DNA from: Tubiluchus corallicola
Taxonomy: Eukaryota; Animalia; Priapulida
Direction of reading: 5' to 3'
NCBI GenBank assembly: GCA_030141605.1
Contig: JAQGDQ010001339.1
Location: 1 to 46,140, forward strand
Length of the DNA: 46,140 bases
Shown: positions 13,445 through 45,992 of the stretch, one piece after another
Layout of the letters: each line of letters begins with the position of its first letter
How positions within the stretch are numbered: the stretch's first letter is position 1
Notes under the pieces: generated by a model
Database searches by the model: none
What the model was told of the DNA's origin: nothing
Seen by the model: only the letters and a program-made list of their open reading frames with translations
Made by a program: the position numbers and the translations under genes

Positions 13445-13943
<499 letters not shown>

Positions 13944-14462
13944 TTTAGCAAAAAGTCTGGCTTTTTATACTTCGCTTACACTTGACAATGCCTCGCAGCC
14001 CATGCTGTTGCTACAGTAACAGTTTTAACAACTAGCTAGAATCTTTCTTTGTTGATTTTTTCTTGTTCTCAAGAAAGATCCTGCTAGCAAATCACTCTAC
14101 GCATAGACTACTTCATAGTTAAGTAAAGTCCACGTAAGACAACTGAAATTACTGAACTAATGCTTCACTGAGAAAAGTAATTAAGCAATAATTTCTGTCC
14201 TTCGACAAGATCTTTTGGTTTTATTCAAATATTTTATGGGAATAGTTGCATTAAATGCTGATAAAATGGACAAATAAAAGCATAGAATCCCTGATTAATT
14301 GTCTATTGAGTCGCGGCATAATAGTTTAATTAATGAATGGTGCCCATTTTGAATGTTGCTGATTAACTGTGAATTTACAATGAATTGCTGAAATCACGTT
14401 AATGTTTTATCACGGAGGACATGACGCTAGTGGTGAAAATGATGGTCATTTGAGGAAAAGAA

Positions 14463-14632
14463 TCATTCGTTGGTTTATTTGTTTATTCGTTCGTTCATTC
14501 ATGTGTTTCATTCGTTCATTCATTCATTCATTCATTCATTCATTCATTCATTCATTCATTTATCCATTCATTCATGTATTTATTCACCCATTCGTTCATT
14601 TATCCGGTCATTCATTTGTTCTTTCATTCATA
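14463..14632. repeat. (TTCA)n microsatellite
   Basis: Directly visible. Confidence 0.9.
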
Positions 14633-14920
14633 TTTGCTTTCGTGTGTTTTTAGTTTTAGATTTAGTGAAGACATCCCTGCTGGTTTAGTATTTCATCTTA
14701 AAGGACCTTTCTTGATGGCGACCTAGATACCAGTTCTGCCAAAAACAGTTCACATTAATAGTAGGCCTCCTGTTGAATATTGCATTCCGTCTGCCGAGCG
14801 CCGAAATATGTATAAAAATTCGTCCATTCGGAGATTTTTTGTTCATTTATTCATTTTTTTAAAAACAAATAGATAGATCGACAAACAATAAACAAGAAAA
14901 TAGATTTAAAGGCAACAGGC

Positions 14921-15192
14921 AAAAAGAAAAGAAAAGAAAAGAAAAGAAAAGAAAAGAAAAGAAAAGAAAAGAAAAGAAAAGAAAAGAAAGAAAAGAAAAG
15001 AAAATAAAAAAGAAAAGAAAAGAAAAGAAAAGAAAAGAAAAGAAAAGAAAAGAAAAGAAAAGAAAAGGAAAGAAAAGAAAAGAAAAGAAAGAATGGAAAA
15101 GAAAAGAAAAGAAAAGAAAAGGAAAGAAAAGAAAAGAAAAGAAAAGAAAAGAAAAGAAAAGAAAAGAAAAGAAAAAAAAAGAAAAAAGAAAA
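14921..15192. repeat. (GAAAA)n microsatellite
   Basis: Directly visible. Confidence 0.98.
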
Positions 15193-16417
15193 TGGGGTAC
15201 AACGAAAAGACAAATAAAATAAAAAAACGAGAAAGCGGTGAAGGAATGACAAAAGAACGCAAAAAAGAAAGAAAGAAAGAAAGACATGAAATTGATTTTT
15301 TTTCTTTTAACAAAGTTCGTGTTAAATAATCTTGTAAAGAAAAGTTCTTACCCGCAAATGACAGTTCAACGTCCAAACTACCGTCTGTCCTAAAGCACCT
15401 ATACATTCACTAAACTAAAGTAAAAAAAACATGAATAACTTAGTTCAAAACTGTTTACACTTCACACGCTGATGAAACAAACATGTATAACAGCGCAGTC
15501 CATGGCTGACACAATTCTGAAATCTTTCTACTCAAATGTAAATGTCACATTCATCTATGCGCAGCTCTGATAGAATGCAAAGCTTCGCGCATGTTCGCGT
15601 GAGTAGTATGGCTCGTCATCTTGTGTTCACTTTTCTGTGCAGCTAGTTTCATGGCGTATACACTCTGCACAGCTTCACGTGAGTAGTATGGCTCGTCCTT
15701 TTCTTCATTCACTCTTCTGTGCAGTGTCCAGTACAATAACAGGCACCACACAAACAGTTGCCACGCATGCGCGTATGATGCAGCAATGCCCCAGCCTATC
15801 ACAGCGGACGAATTTAATTTTTACCCTGGAATTTCGTTTTCAAGAAAAATCAACAACATTAACAAAGGCAACGATCAATTTTCCTAAAATAACAAGAATG
15901 TTCTGACACCCGATAAATCATTGCACCCTCTCCCTCTATTAGTAATGTACACAGTAATTTAATCATTTTATATTCTTATTACATGAGGAACATACGAGAA
16001 TTATCAAAGCTATGGAAACCGCTCGAAAACGCAAAACGGCAAAAGTTCATAGAATTTTCACAGAAAAGCATCAATTGATCGTCTGAAAGTTGATCAAACA
16101 ACTAATCAACTTGCTGCCCGACTGACTGACCAACTAACTGACTAATCAGTTTGAGTAACTGATCATTCGTACGCACGTCGTGTAGTCAATCACGTGTTAT
16201 CGTGGCTATTTGTATCACAATTTTACATTCAAATAATGATTGATAATTATTGACGCCATGACAGTGACGACTTTTCACATATCCACTGCTGTAGACTTTT
16301 TTCTGGATAGAGAAACTAAGTTGTTGCCTAGGGCGCCAATTTCTGGAAATAGTTCCTTAATTTTTAAATTTAGCATAATTAATAACACAGTGTATGTGTA
16401 ATTGCTCAGCAGTTTGC

Positions 16418-16510
16418 TTAACCCTTATAGGGTCACGATTTTTTACAACCGATTTTGGTAACGGGGGGGGGGGGGGGGTAAAAAATTACCCCCACCATAA
16501 TTCGTAAATT
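16418..16510 (+). mobile_element. Possible left end of another piggyBac-like element
   Basis: TTAA|CCCTTATAG followed by a GGGG-TAAAAAATTA-CCCC hairpin; no matching right end found. Confidence 0.35.
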
Positions 16511-16795
16511 ACTTTTGATAAACCGCCGTGTTTCATTAGTAAACAGCAACAGCATAATTTGTGGTTATGCTGACCACCATAGGATACATTATACCTCTGC
16601 TTAAAGACACGTGACTTACTAGTAATACGAAATTTAAATTCACTTAGTTACGTTCCCTTATCTATGCTGGAATAACTGTAGACAACCGACATTGCTAGCG
16701 TGTGTGCAAAAATCATTGTTCTTTTGAATTTATTGTCTGCTACTTTCTTCTTTTCGGTGGAGTGACTTGAGTAACTGACATTTTGTTTTATCAGA

Positions 16796-17445
16796 AGATG
16801 GAAAACCAATTGTGGTAAATACTATGCCAAATTATGGTTCCAACTGACTGCACTGTACAGTTCAAGGGTTACAGTACACAGATGGAAAACCAATTGCGGT
16901 AAAAACCATGCCAAATTATGTTACCAACTGACTGCACTATACAGTTCAAGGGCTACAGTAGAAAGATGGAAAACCAATTGTGGTAAATACTATGCCAAAC
17001 TATGGTTCCAACAGACTACGCTATACAGTTCAAGGGTTACAGTACACAGATGAAAAACCAATTATGGTAAATACTATGCCAAACTATGGTACCAACTGAC
17101 TGCACTACACAGTTCAAGGGTTACAATACAAAGATGAAAAACCAATTGCGGTAAATACTATGCCAAACTGTGGTACCAACTGACTGCACTATACAGTTCA
17201 ATGGCTACAGTAGAAAGATGGAAAACCAATTGCGGTAAATACCATGCCAAATTATGTTACCAACTGACTGCACTATACAGTTCAAGGGCTACAGTAGAAA
17301 GATGGAAAACCAATTGCGGTAAATACTATGCCAAACTATGTTCCCACTGACTGCACTACACAGTTCAAGGGCTACAGTACAAAGATGGAAAACCAATTAC
17401 TGTAAATACTATGCCACACTGTGGTACCAACTGACTGCACTATAA
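16796..17445. repeat. Minisatellite, ~7.7 x 84 bp
   Basis: gatggaaaaccaattg at 16797, 16881, 16965 and onward. Confidence 0.96.
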
Positions 17446-18235
17446 AGTGTCAGTGATTTTTTTGCAGTATAAAGACAGAGGATATTCATCCACATTCAGT
17501 AAAGTCACTTGATTTTAATTCTTTTCTTTAATATAATAGGCACCCAGTGGAGTCATTATCCCTCCTGGGATTTAATTATGCGTTACTTCTAATTCTTTCC
17601 AATCTCTTACAGGGCTGCTTCTTTTTGAAAATCTCCTTTGTTCGGTATTCGCGTTTGTGTAATTGAAAAGCTTTTTCTCTTTGAACGAACAGAATTTTTC
17701 GCGTGTATACGCCTATCAAAGCTTTATTTACACGCAAATTCAAGATTCCACTGTGAGCAAAGCTGAGTGACATTGGCATTGCAACTTGCGTGAATCAATT
17801 ATTTGCATATAAAATGATCGGCAATGCTTTAAGTTTAGTTAACGTTAATGTATCGTGTTATCAACGTGTCTAACTATGTTGCATGGAAATTACAAAGTTC
17901 GCTTTGACTGTCATACAGCAAAGTTAAGTAATCTCAAATCTCTCAAAATGGATGATCGGGAAACTGAGTAGATCAGTTAGTCAGTTTGGGAAAATAAATT
18001 ACTAAAAAAACAAGTTATAGTCTACTTGGTTATAGTTATATATAGATATAGTTTCAATTATTGTCATAATTATAGCTATAGTCATAGTCACAGTCATAGT
18101 TATAGTCAAAAAATTACTCACAGTTAACAGATTTAGCTTCCCAAATGAGTTTTGGTTACTCAGAAAATTTAAACTGACTAACAGCCGTCTTTTTTCAGCT
18201 ACAACACTAGATACGCAGATGGTACAACAACTCGT

Positions 18236-18870
<635 letters not shown>

Positions 18871-19677
18871 ATATTCCTCGACATGTTGTTATGTTTTCTC
18901 TCTTTCTACTTCAATTCACAATAATCAATACCCAACAACGACTGGCTTCATCTAACACTTCCGTTCGTCATTGAAATTCCGAAGCTTCTTTCAAAAAGTT
19001 TCTTTGTTTATCATGCAAACGCTAAACTGAAGAAATTTCAAAGGATTTCGGTAAATCAATCAAACCCTCTCTAGCAGCGGTATTTAGTAATCTTTTGGAT
19101 GACATTGTCTATCAGTTGGTTACTTTATTTCAATAACTTACAATTAAAACACGTTGAAGCAATTTTTCAATAGTTAAGCATCGTTCACACTGTTTCGTGG
19201 CTTTTAATAGTTCTTTTCCGCATTGACGCTGTCACATATGACGGTATTAAGAGTGAAGTAATACGAGAGAGAATTGATCTTCAAATCTTATCGTTCAAGA
19301 TACTAATTCTCTCTCTCTCTCTCTCTCCTTCTCTCTCTAATCTCTTTTATCTCTCTTTTTCTCACTATTTTTTCTCTCTTATTCTCTCGCTTAATCCCAC
19401 TCTCGGCTTTTATTCGTTGCCTACTTAGCTCTGCCTTGTGAAATTCATCATTGAACTATTAACAGCAACAGCGTGTAATTAGAGCGCAGTATTGTGCCAT
19501 TGTCCAGGAATTTTTAATCGTCGGTCGTATCACAATGGTTTCGTCGGATTCATTCATCATTGGCATTATTCTTTGTGGTCTTTGCTTACTGTTCCTGAAA
19601 AATAATGGTGATAAATTAACCTTGAACAGGTTATAAATACGCGTTTTTGTTGTCATAGAATCTAAGTGTTTTGTGGA

Positions 19678-20178
19678 ACCTAGCCACTGGGGGTGGGCAA
19701 GCCAGCCCAACTCAGTGCCGGTCCCAAGCCCGGATAAATAGGGAGGGTTTATTGTCAGGAAGGGCACCCACCTGTAAAAACTGCGCCAAAACCTTCTATG
19801 AATGAGTGCGTGAGACTTAAAGGGACAGTCCACAAAGAAGTGGTCAGACCCGCTCTAGTCTATGGACTGGAAGCAGCTTCTCTAAAGAAGACCGAAGAGA
19901 AGAAAATGGGTGTGGTGGAGATGAGGATGTTGAGATGGATGGTGGGAATAACAAGAAGAGATAAGATTAGAAATAATAATATCAGAGGAACACTGAAAGT
20001 ATTGGAAGCCTCGCAAGATTGCGATGGTATGGACACCTGAAAAGGAGAGTCGGTGAAGACCATGTGGGAAGAGAAGACATAAATGAAGAGATGGTCAACA
20101 ACAGTAATGTGTGGAGAAGACTCATTCACAACGGCGACCCCGCATTTGCCGGGGGTGGAAAAGCTGGGAAGAAGAAGA
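19678..20178 (+). mobile_element. Bipartite RTE-derived non-autonomous retroelement, copy 1
   Basis: RTE-type 5' segment (ggtcccaagcccggataaa...aggaagggca) fused to deleted ORF remnants (LKGTVHKEVVRPALVYGLE...EMRMLRWMVG...RWYGH) and a (GAA)n tail; ~21-bp TSD agaatctaagtgttttgtgga at 19657 and 20179. Confidence 0.88.
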
Positions 20179-20429
20179 AGAATCTAAGTGTTTTGTGGAT
20201 TTACTGACATAGCAGCTTCAGTTTTGTTGCTGGATTACTGCAGTGTTGAGGTCAGTTTTCTTTTAGAGTTCTGCTTCTTCATCCTCGACACTGGCTGGAT
20301 TATTGTATCAGATTTTCAAAGTGACACAGCAAAAGGGTTTCCTAAAAAAACTACAGAAAAAACTTAAAGTAAACTAGTCAAAAACAGAAAAGTATATTGC
20401 AAGAGATGGTAATAAATCTTAGAAAAAGT

Positions 20430-21770
20430 GCACGGAACTCTTCTAGACACCGAAGAAGATATTAAAAGTAACAAACAATGCAGGCTTTTGTTCAACACAA
20501 GAATGTATTAACCCTTTCAGTCCCAAATTATTTTTTTAATAAGAAATTTATAATAATATATTTTCATTCTGTAACTGCTGATAATTTTTTAAAGTATTTA
20601 CGACATTTACTATGCATGCTATACTGATCTGTACAAAGTCATCTCTAACGTACTGTACCTTGCGCAGTTTTTTATGCTATGTAGATTTTCTAGTTTGCCA
20701 TTTTATCACCATTTTTAGTCTATTGTTATTGTCTTAAATCAAAATAACTATTAACAGATCAAATAACTGTCAGTTTTAAAATTTTATTAATTTTAAAGGC
20801 AAAAAATATTCTCGTATCCCACGTGATACAATGGGTAGGAAAGGGTTAACTAGCAAGAAATTAAGTCTTAATAAAAGACTTCAATTATTTAATACTTAAG
20901 TCACCAGCATACTTATGTACGACAGTGAAAATGGGGTTTAACGATTACTAAAAAAAGGCAGATTAGTGCATTTCACAGTGGTCTTCTAAGGAAAGTTTTA
21001 GAGATAAGATGGCTATACAGAATCAAAAACAAAGATTTATACGATAGAACAAAAAAATTCCTAGATTTTCAAAAGTCAAGACACGAAGATTATGATGGCT
21101 GGAACACCTTCTAAAATTATCAAGTGAAGTACTAGTAAGAATTACCTCAAAGGAAGCCTTAAAGCCAAGCAAAAACTACTTGGACAGCTAGGATAAATAG
21201 AAAGAATAAATGGACAAGTACATGGACACTCTTCTAGACACCAAATATGATATTCAAACTAGGAAGCAACAAGCAATACACGCTTTACTTCAGCACAAGA
21301 ATGTATTAACCAGCAAGAAATTAAGTCTTAACATAAGACTTCGATTATTTAATGCTTACGTCACCAGCATACTTATGTACAACAGTGAAAATGGGTTTAA
21401 CGATTACTCAAAAAAGAGAGATTAGGGCATTTCATAGAAGTCTTCTAAGGAAAGTTTTAAAGATAAGATGGCTATACATAATCAAAAACAAAGATTTATA
21501 CGCTAGAACAAAGGAAATTCCTTGAATTTCAAAAGTCAAGACACGAAGATTATGATGGCTGGAACACCTTCTAACATTATCAAGTGAAGTACTAGTAAGA
21601 ATTACCTCAAATAAAGACTTAATCCAAGCAAAAACTAATTGAGTAGCTAAGATAAATACAACAATTTCAAGCAAATCTCTCTTTAGGAGTAGAAGAACTT
21701 ACGCTCTTAGCAGCAGGTAGGAGTGGGTGGAATGCTCTAGTAAATGTACTGCATCAACGTCTACAATAGG
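20430..21770 (+). mobile_element. Tandemly duplicated, decayed RTE-clade LINE fragment
   Basis: IRLRLFNAYVTSILMYNSE...AFHRSLLRKVLKIRW...KTRRL*WLEHLL with frameshifts and stops; two copies (~20430-21200 and ~21220-21770). Confidence 0.8.
20512..20845 (-). mobile_element. piggyBac-like MITE, copy 3 (inserted in the RTE fragment)
   Basis: TTAA at 20508-20511 and 20846-20849; empty site visible in the duplicate at 21306. Confidence 0.92.
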
Positions 21771-21921
21771 TGGAATGAGACCTTCTGTGTCTGGAGGGAG
21801 TTTTCTTTTATTCTAGAGTTCTGCCTATCCATTGTCTACAATACACGTGGTTGGGCATATGTTAATACGTGAAACCAGGTAAATTTCATTGTATGTATTA
21901 TGCTATAATGACAATAAATTG

Positions 21922-21953
<32 letters not shown>

Positions 21954-22476
21954 ATGGTGATGAATAGTCATTGTTTGCATCACAATGAGTAAATGGCAAG
22001 ATTCTGAATTACACGAACGACTCCGATGCTAATGGAGAAACGAAATAAATATAGAATTATTCGCCCACGAGAAAACACAAAAATCTTTACTGTCTAAAAC
22101 CAGCAAAAGTAAACATTAAAAAATCGGTAGATTTGAGATGTTGCCTTTGGAGTTAAATGTTCTGATTTGAAAAACGTTTTGAGAGGATTTTTCCTGATTT
22201 TCAAGCACCAGGCGCCAGTTTAAGGCAGGTAGAAGGTGTGAGCGTAGACACTGACGTGGCAAAGCTTAATGTGTGAATCAAGGTCCTGATATTTGTTATC
22301 GTGTTTGCAAAATATTTATATTTTTTCTTGTTTTTGGTGCTGCATGTTATGGCGCAGTGAAAAAAAACTTTTTTCCCCAAATCATTGGGAATTATATTGG
22401 TATTTGTGACACTTGATAAAACTTAGAAAAGTCTAGTCTTATTATTACTGGAACATGTTCTACTGTTGATGTATAT

Positions 22477-22825
22477 TGTTACGGATGCACCTGTGTCGGG
22501 TAAGGTGTAGGGCCCTCTACACGCCCTGCTTCCACGTCAGCAGCGACTCACCCCTTTCTTGTAGGTCCAGACGTCTTGTTTGGGCCTACACGTGGTGTGA
22601 GAAGCCAGCTGACCTGGAATGCCAGTATAAAAGCGTGTAGAGGTCACTACAGCCTTGATTTCTGACACAGGTGCTCCTCGGGTGTAGTGCTGTTACTGAG
22701 TTAGTTAGTTATTTTTTGTGCACGTGTATTTTGGTTCCTTATTTTTATTAGTGCTGTTAATAAACTCCGTACAGTGTAGTTTTTGTGTATTTTGTTTTAT
22801 GAGAGTTAGAAGATATGCTATAACA
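22477..22825 (+). mobile_element. Probable solo LTR
   Basis: TGTTA...TAACA termini, TATAAAA (~22626), AATAAA (~22759); TSD not clean. Confidence 0.58.
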
Positions 22826-23414
22826 GGTATAAGGTACTAGTTTACAGACATTAACTTGGTTAATTAACATAACATTTGTAATTAACATTAACATCTGTAG
22901 TTAAGTAATCAGTTACACAACGACAGTAAAATGGATCTTCATGATGCGCAATATCAAGACCGCCATGCCATCTTGTAGTTTGACCCCCTGAGTCGAATTC
23001 TGTTCAATATCAAGACCGCCATGCCATCTTGGAGTTCGACCCCCTGAGTCGAATTCAGTTCAATATTTTCTGGAATGACGTTAAAATCGCATTTTTCATC
23101 TTCACTTATTTACTATTAACCCTTCAATGTTTTGGAATCATGTTAAAAATTATTTTACTTGAGTTGGAAAACCCATAGCTGAAAAGAAAAAAAATCGAAT
23201 AAATAAATTTTCATGTTCTACCTAAAAGTTATGTGTCTTGAAAAACATGGCATATAAGAAAAATTACGAATAATGAAAGTCAAATATATATGTGTGCACA
23301 CAGGCAAGAAAATGCAAGTAAAGTGTTTCAAATAACACGAATTGCATATTAAATTTTTAATGTTACACTGGATTGTAACTTTGTAAGTTTGCTTCTGTTT
23401 CAAAAACTGACATC

Positions 23415-24297
23415 ATCTCTACTGTAGTGAAGAAGATTTGGAAAAAAAGTTTATTTCACTCCGTCCTACTGTATGTATTTCATCTTTGAGCCAACCATAA
23501 CATGCCGCCTTGATGTAAGTAATTAAGAAAATTACACCACTCCTTTTTTGAATTTCTAAACCTGTATCCACACTTCACAAAACGTGTCATAAAACTTTAG
23601 GCTACAACTTTACTACTTAATTAGCTACCATGATGTAACAGGCAGCTTCTGAAAAACGTAAGTGCTTAAAGACCCTTAATTTCTATTAAACATATATTGC
23701 TTATTAATCACGGCTACTTAATTGAATATCAGTTTGTCATTAATTAACAGCTGTCATAAAAAGTAACTGTCTAATGTCAACAGCAGATTTTGCTATGTCG
23801 GTTATTAAAATTGATTCAGCAGAAATTTTGTAGTTTCAGTTTTGTCGTCATTTTGTTTTTTACGAGTGAAAGCCATTGTGGTAATACATAATCGTCATAC
23901 GGTTCCACAAACTGCATCGAAAATAATAGGTGCTGAGAAAAAAGTGTAATTTAAAATTCGTCAAGCTAATGAACAAAATAGTATCACATTAATTATAGCA
24001 GCATTTTCTAGAACTTTTTCTAGTTTTGTAAACTATGTTCATGAAACTAGCATGGTCTTTTTTCCCTGCAGCCGTATTCTAATCCAGCCGTCTCTACTGT
24101 TGTGAGGAATGATTTGGAAAAAAATCACTCCTCCCTACTGCATGTATTTCATCTTTGAGCCAACCATAATATGCCGCCATGATGTAAGTAATTAAAAAAA
24201 TTACACCACTCCTTTTTTGAATTTCTAAATCTGCATCCGCACTTCACAAAATGTGCTATAAAACTTTAGGCTACAACTTTACTATTTTATTAGCTAT
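23415..24297. repeat. Dispersed direct repeat, ~215 bp (23415-23628 and 24090-24297)
   Basis: Shared tatttcatctttgagccaaccataa...ttacaccactccttttttgaatttctaaa...aaactttaggctacaactttacta. Confidence 0.85.
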
Positions 24298-24370
24298 GCA
24301 TTTTGCTTTTGAGCATTTTTTGGCTACGCCATATTTTTGCTTCGAATTATTTTGCCCAAACTTTATGTAT

Positions 24371-25178
24371 GATTCTCTTTGTTTGCAGATTAAACGATAA
24401 TACTGTACCACGAAAGGTAGTTACGAATGTGCTGTACCACGAAAGGTAGTTACGAATGTGCTGTACTAAAAACTCTTTGCATCGTCAAACAAGAACTCTG
24501 GTTAGCGGGTATTTGAGATTGTTTGATTCTCTTAGTTTGCAGATTAAACGATAATACTGTACCACGATAGGTAGTTACGAATGTGCTGTACCACGAAAGG
24601 TAGTTACGAATGTGCTGTACTAAAAACTCTTTGCATCGTCAAACAAGAACTCTGGATAGTGGGTATTTGAGACTGTTTGATTCTCTTAGTTTGCAGATTA
24701 AACGATAATACTGTACCACGAAAGGTAGTTACGAATGTGCTGTACTAAAAACTCTTTGCATCGTCAAACAAGAACTCTGGATAGCGGGTATTTGAGATTG
24801 TTTGATTCTCTTAGTTTGCAGATTAAACGATAATACTGTACCACGAAAGGTAGTTACGAATGTGCTGTACTAAAAACTCTTTGCATCGTCAAACAAGAAC
24901 TCTGGATAGTGGGTATTTGAGACTGTTTGATTCTCTTAGTTTGCAGATTAAACGATAATACTGTACCACGAAAGGTAGTTACGAATGTGCTGTACTAAAA
25001 ACTCTTTGCATCATCAAACAAGAACTCTGGTTAGCGGGTGGTTGAGATTGTTTGTTTGTCTTAGTTTGCAGATTAAGCGATAATACTGTACCACGATAGG
25101 TAGCTACAAATGTGCTGTACTAAAAACTCTTTGCATCGTCAAACAAGAACTCTGGATAGCGGGTATCTGAGATTGTTT
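24371..25178. repeat. Minisatellite, 6 units (154, 154, 125, 125, 125, 125 bp)
   Basis: gattctctt at 24371, 24525, 24679, 24804 and 24929; the first two units carry an internal 29-bp duplication. Confidence 0.95.
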
Positions 25179-25402
25179 TACGTTCTACGACTTCAGAGAA
25201 CTGAATTATGCATAATAGCCTGGCGATCTACGAATCCCAAAATTTGAAGTGTGTTGATAAGCAATCTAGTTATTTTGTTTCTATTGAACTATTTAAATTA
25301 AACAGACAAATTTAAGGTTATCAATTTAGTCAATTAACTGAAAAGAAATCATACCTTCACGCACACAAAACAAATGACACAAAAATAGATTTTTTACACA
25401 AT

Positions 25403-25408
25403 TTTATT
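25403..25408 (-). promoter_or_regulatory. Candidate Duox polyadenylation signal
   Basis: AATAAA on the minus strand ~600 nt after the stop, followed by a GT/T-rich tract (ttttgtgtcatttgttttgtgtgcgtg). Confidence 0.55.
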
Positions 25409-26000
25409 ACGATACTTTAATGGCTAAAAAGACTCAAAGTTCACAAAAGAAATTAGAACTGATTTCTACGAACAATGACAACAAACTAGAACTAGAATGT
25501 CCGAAGAGAATGTCAGAAGTCAATGCTACAACTGGCTTCTCACGCCACGTGTAGGTCCAGGTAAGACCTATGGATGTACACGTTAAGCCTGAATGAGCCT
25601 GAGATGCTGCAGAACTATGTCTTAGAGAGGACCCAATGGCTGATGCAACCATTGGCGTCTTCGTCGCAATATATTTGAACTCACTCTAGCTAATCTACCC
25701 ACCTGCTTCCAATTTGGTTTGACGACTAAGGAAGGCTACATTAATAATTTCGCATGGACCATAGCATGAGCAGATGATTAAAACTGTACATTATGCTTTA
25801 TCGAAATGTGGGACGATTTGAATCCCACGCTGCTGACAATGGATACAATTCCAACAATGCCTTCGTATACATTTGCATCAGTTCTTCTCGTGACTAGACT
25901 TCGTTTGAACAAACATGGTCCATCAACGAATCACAGTTATAGTCATTCATTGCTGTTTTACTTTAAACATGATCGATTCTACAAGAAAATGGTAAATTCT

Positions 26001-44052
<18,052 letters not shown>

Positions 44053-44536
44053 CTGGAAGCAACATATTGTTCAATAAATTGACTGATTAGCGATCGAGCA
44101 AATCTAATATAATAATATAGTATAAACTTTATTTAACTCAATAAACTCAACTCAACTAACTCAACTGAACTCAACTCAACGGCACGTAACTCAAGAATTA
44201 CACGCCAACCCTAGACCTGCTATTACTTACAACGACATTTTTCATAAACTCACATCAGGTTGACCAGATATGAACCAGATATTATATAACTGGTTATTAA
44301 TAACCATAATATTAACCAGATATGAAATACCATCACACAAGCACGACACTATACACACTAACTCTCTTCAAATTGTTGCAGAACTACATAAAGTCCACTA
44401 AACGTTTTGTTAACTGATTGTACGTATAATTGTATTATAAGTTATTATTTAGACTGTCTTTCCAATCAAGTACTCATTAATAAACAACTTATGCTAGAAT
44501 CAACTACACGTACTGCTGTAATAACTGTAAAACTTT

Positions 44537-44800
44537 GACCAGACGGCTTAGTCTAGTGGTAATACGTCTGTTTTGCGTCTGTGAGGTCGTGAGTTCGAAC
44601 CAGCAGCCGGGTAATACCAAAGACTTTTGAAAATCGTACCTGCTGTTGCCTTGCCTGACGCGTGGTATTTAGGGTAAAAGTGGGGTAATAATAGTCTCTG
44701 TTATGTAGTTGTAGGTTGTTATTTACAGTCGGCGATTATAGCTCTTTCAGCTAATGTTAATTGTTGACCCAAAAGCTTATTATTATTATTATTATTATTG
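44537..44800 (+). mobile_element. tRNA-derived SINE (MetaSINE-like), copy 2
   Basis: A-box tagtctagtggt, B-box gagttcgaacc, central ataccaaagactttt...tacctgctg...tgcct segment resembling the Meta domain as I remember it, (TTA)n tail. Confidence 0.85.
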
Positions 44801-45017
44801 TTACTACACTAATTGTATTACGTCCACATGTATTGGATTTCTGAATTAAGTAGCAGCATTGTACATTACAATGTACAACTTATACATTGCATGGGTTATA
44901 GGCTTATGTACATCGAGTATTGTATGGGTTTTGATTAATATTAATATTAAGTATTAACTAATGAACTAGTCGTATTTCTGAATTAAGTATTTTGAGTTCT
45001 TACGTAACTCCATTACA

Positions 45018-45316
45018 AAATACCATCACACCAGTACGACAACATACACACTAATTCAGAATCTATATATCCAAGGCCATATTAATTAAATCATAATTTT
45101 TTCATTTTTTTGTGCATAGTTGTAAATATGTTTGATTTTATTCGTCGTTACTTTCCATTACTACACAGTAGTTTAGATTGAACTGACGCATTTGCCTTTA
45201 GCAGTGTAAGTTTTTATTAACTAACACTGATTGATCATCTCTGTAAAGTTTTTATCAGTGATTATCAATGTATTTTAATGGCAAATAAAGATTATTATAT
45301 ATATATATATATATAA
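45018..45316 (+). mobile_element. CR1-group LINE 3' end, family copy 3
   Basis: Same 3' UTR as 38895-39165; ends AATAAA + (AT)n. Confidence 0.85.
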
Positions 45317-45739
45317 TTGAATTGAATTGGGTACTCGTGCAAAAGTAAGTCAGATAAACAAAAATTCAAAGGTTCAACAACTAACTTAAGAAAAACTTTC
45401 ACTCATTGAAACACAGAGATTATTTTACTCTGCTTTTCATATTTAAATACATTAACAACGTCAGCAAACCATTTCAGAATATCAATAACCAACCAATTAG
45501 TCGACCAAGTGTAGCCAACCAATCATCAGAACAACTAACTTATGAAGCAGATAATTAAACAACTTGTGGAAGTTGGAATTGTACCTTATAATTAGGTGCT
45601 GCCATCTATGGGGTACTCCTGTTACATTCTACCAGCTGACTTACCCCCAGTATAATTGTCTGGTCCAGTGAATGCATATTCACCGGTTCTCTCCCTACTT
45701 TAAAGTAATGGTTGTTGTGAAGCCTGTGCAAATCTGCTT

Positions 45740-45992
<253 letters not shown>

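Noticed and set aside
15352-15398. 47-nt minus-strand exon-like segment (tag|...CGG|gtaag)
   Set aside because: Weak polypyrimidine tract, no partner exons and no recognisable peptide.
16796-17445. 84-bp (28-codon) repeat as a coding repeat (RWKTNCGKYYAKLWFQLTALYSSRATVE)
   Set aside because: The frame is broken by TGA at ~17051 and ~17134 and by a 1-bp deletion near 17345; the other plus frames have stops in nearly every unit.
44537-44612. tRNA gene (also 26705-26777 and the B-box-like motif at ~12970)
   Set aside because: The A/B boxes continue into a SINE body and tail with no intact acceptor stem, so these are SINE heads; the 12970 motif is too degenerate to call.
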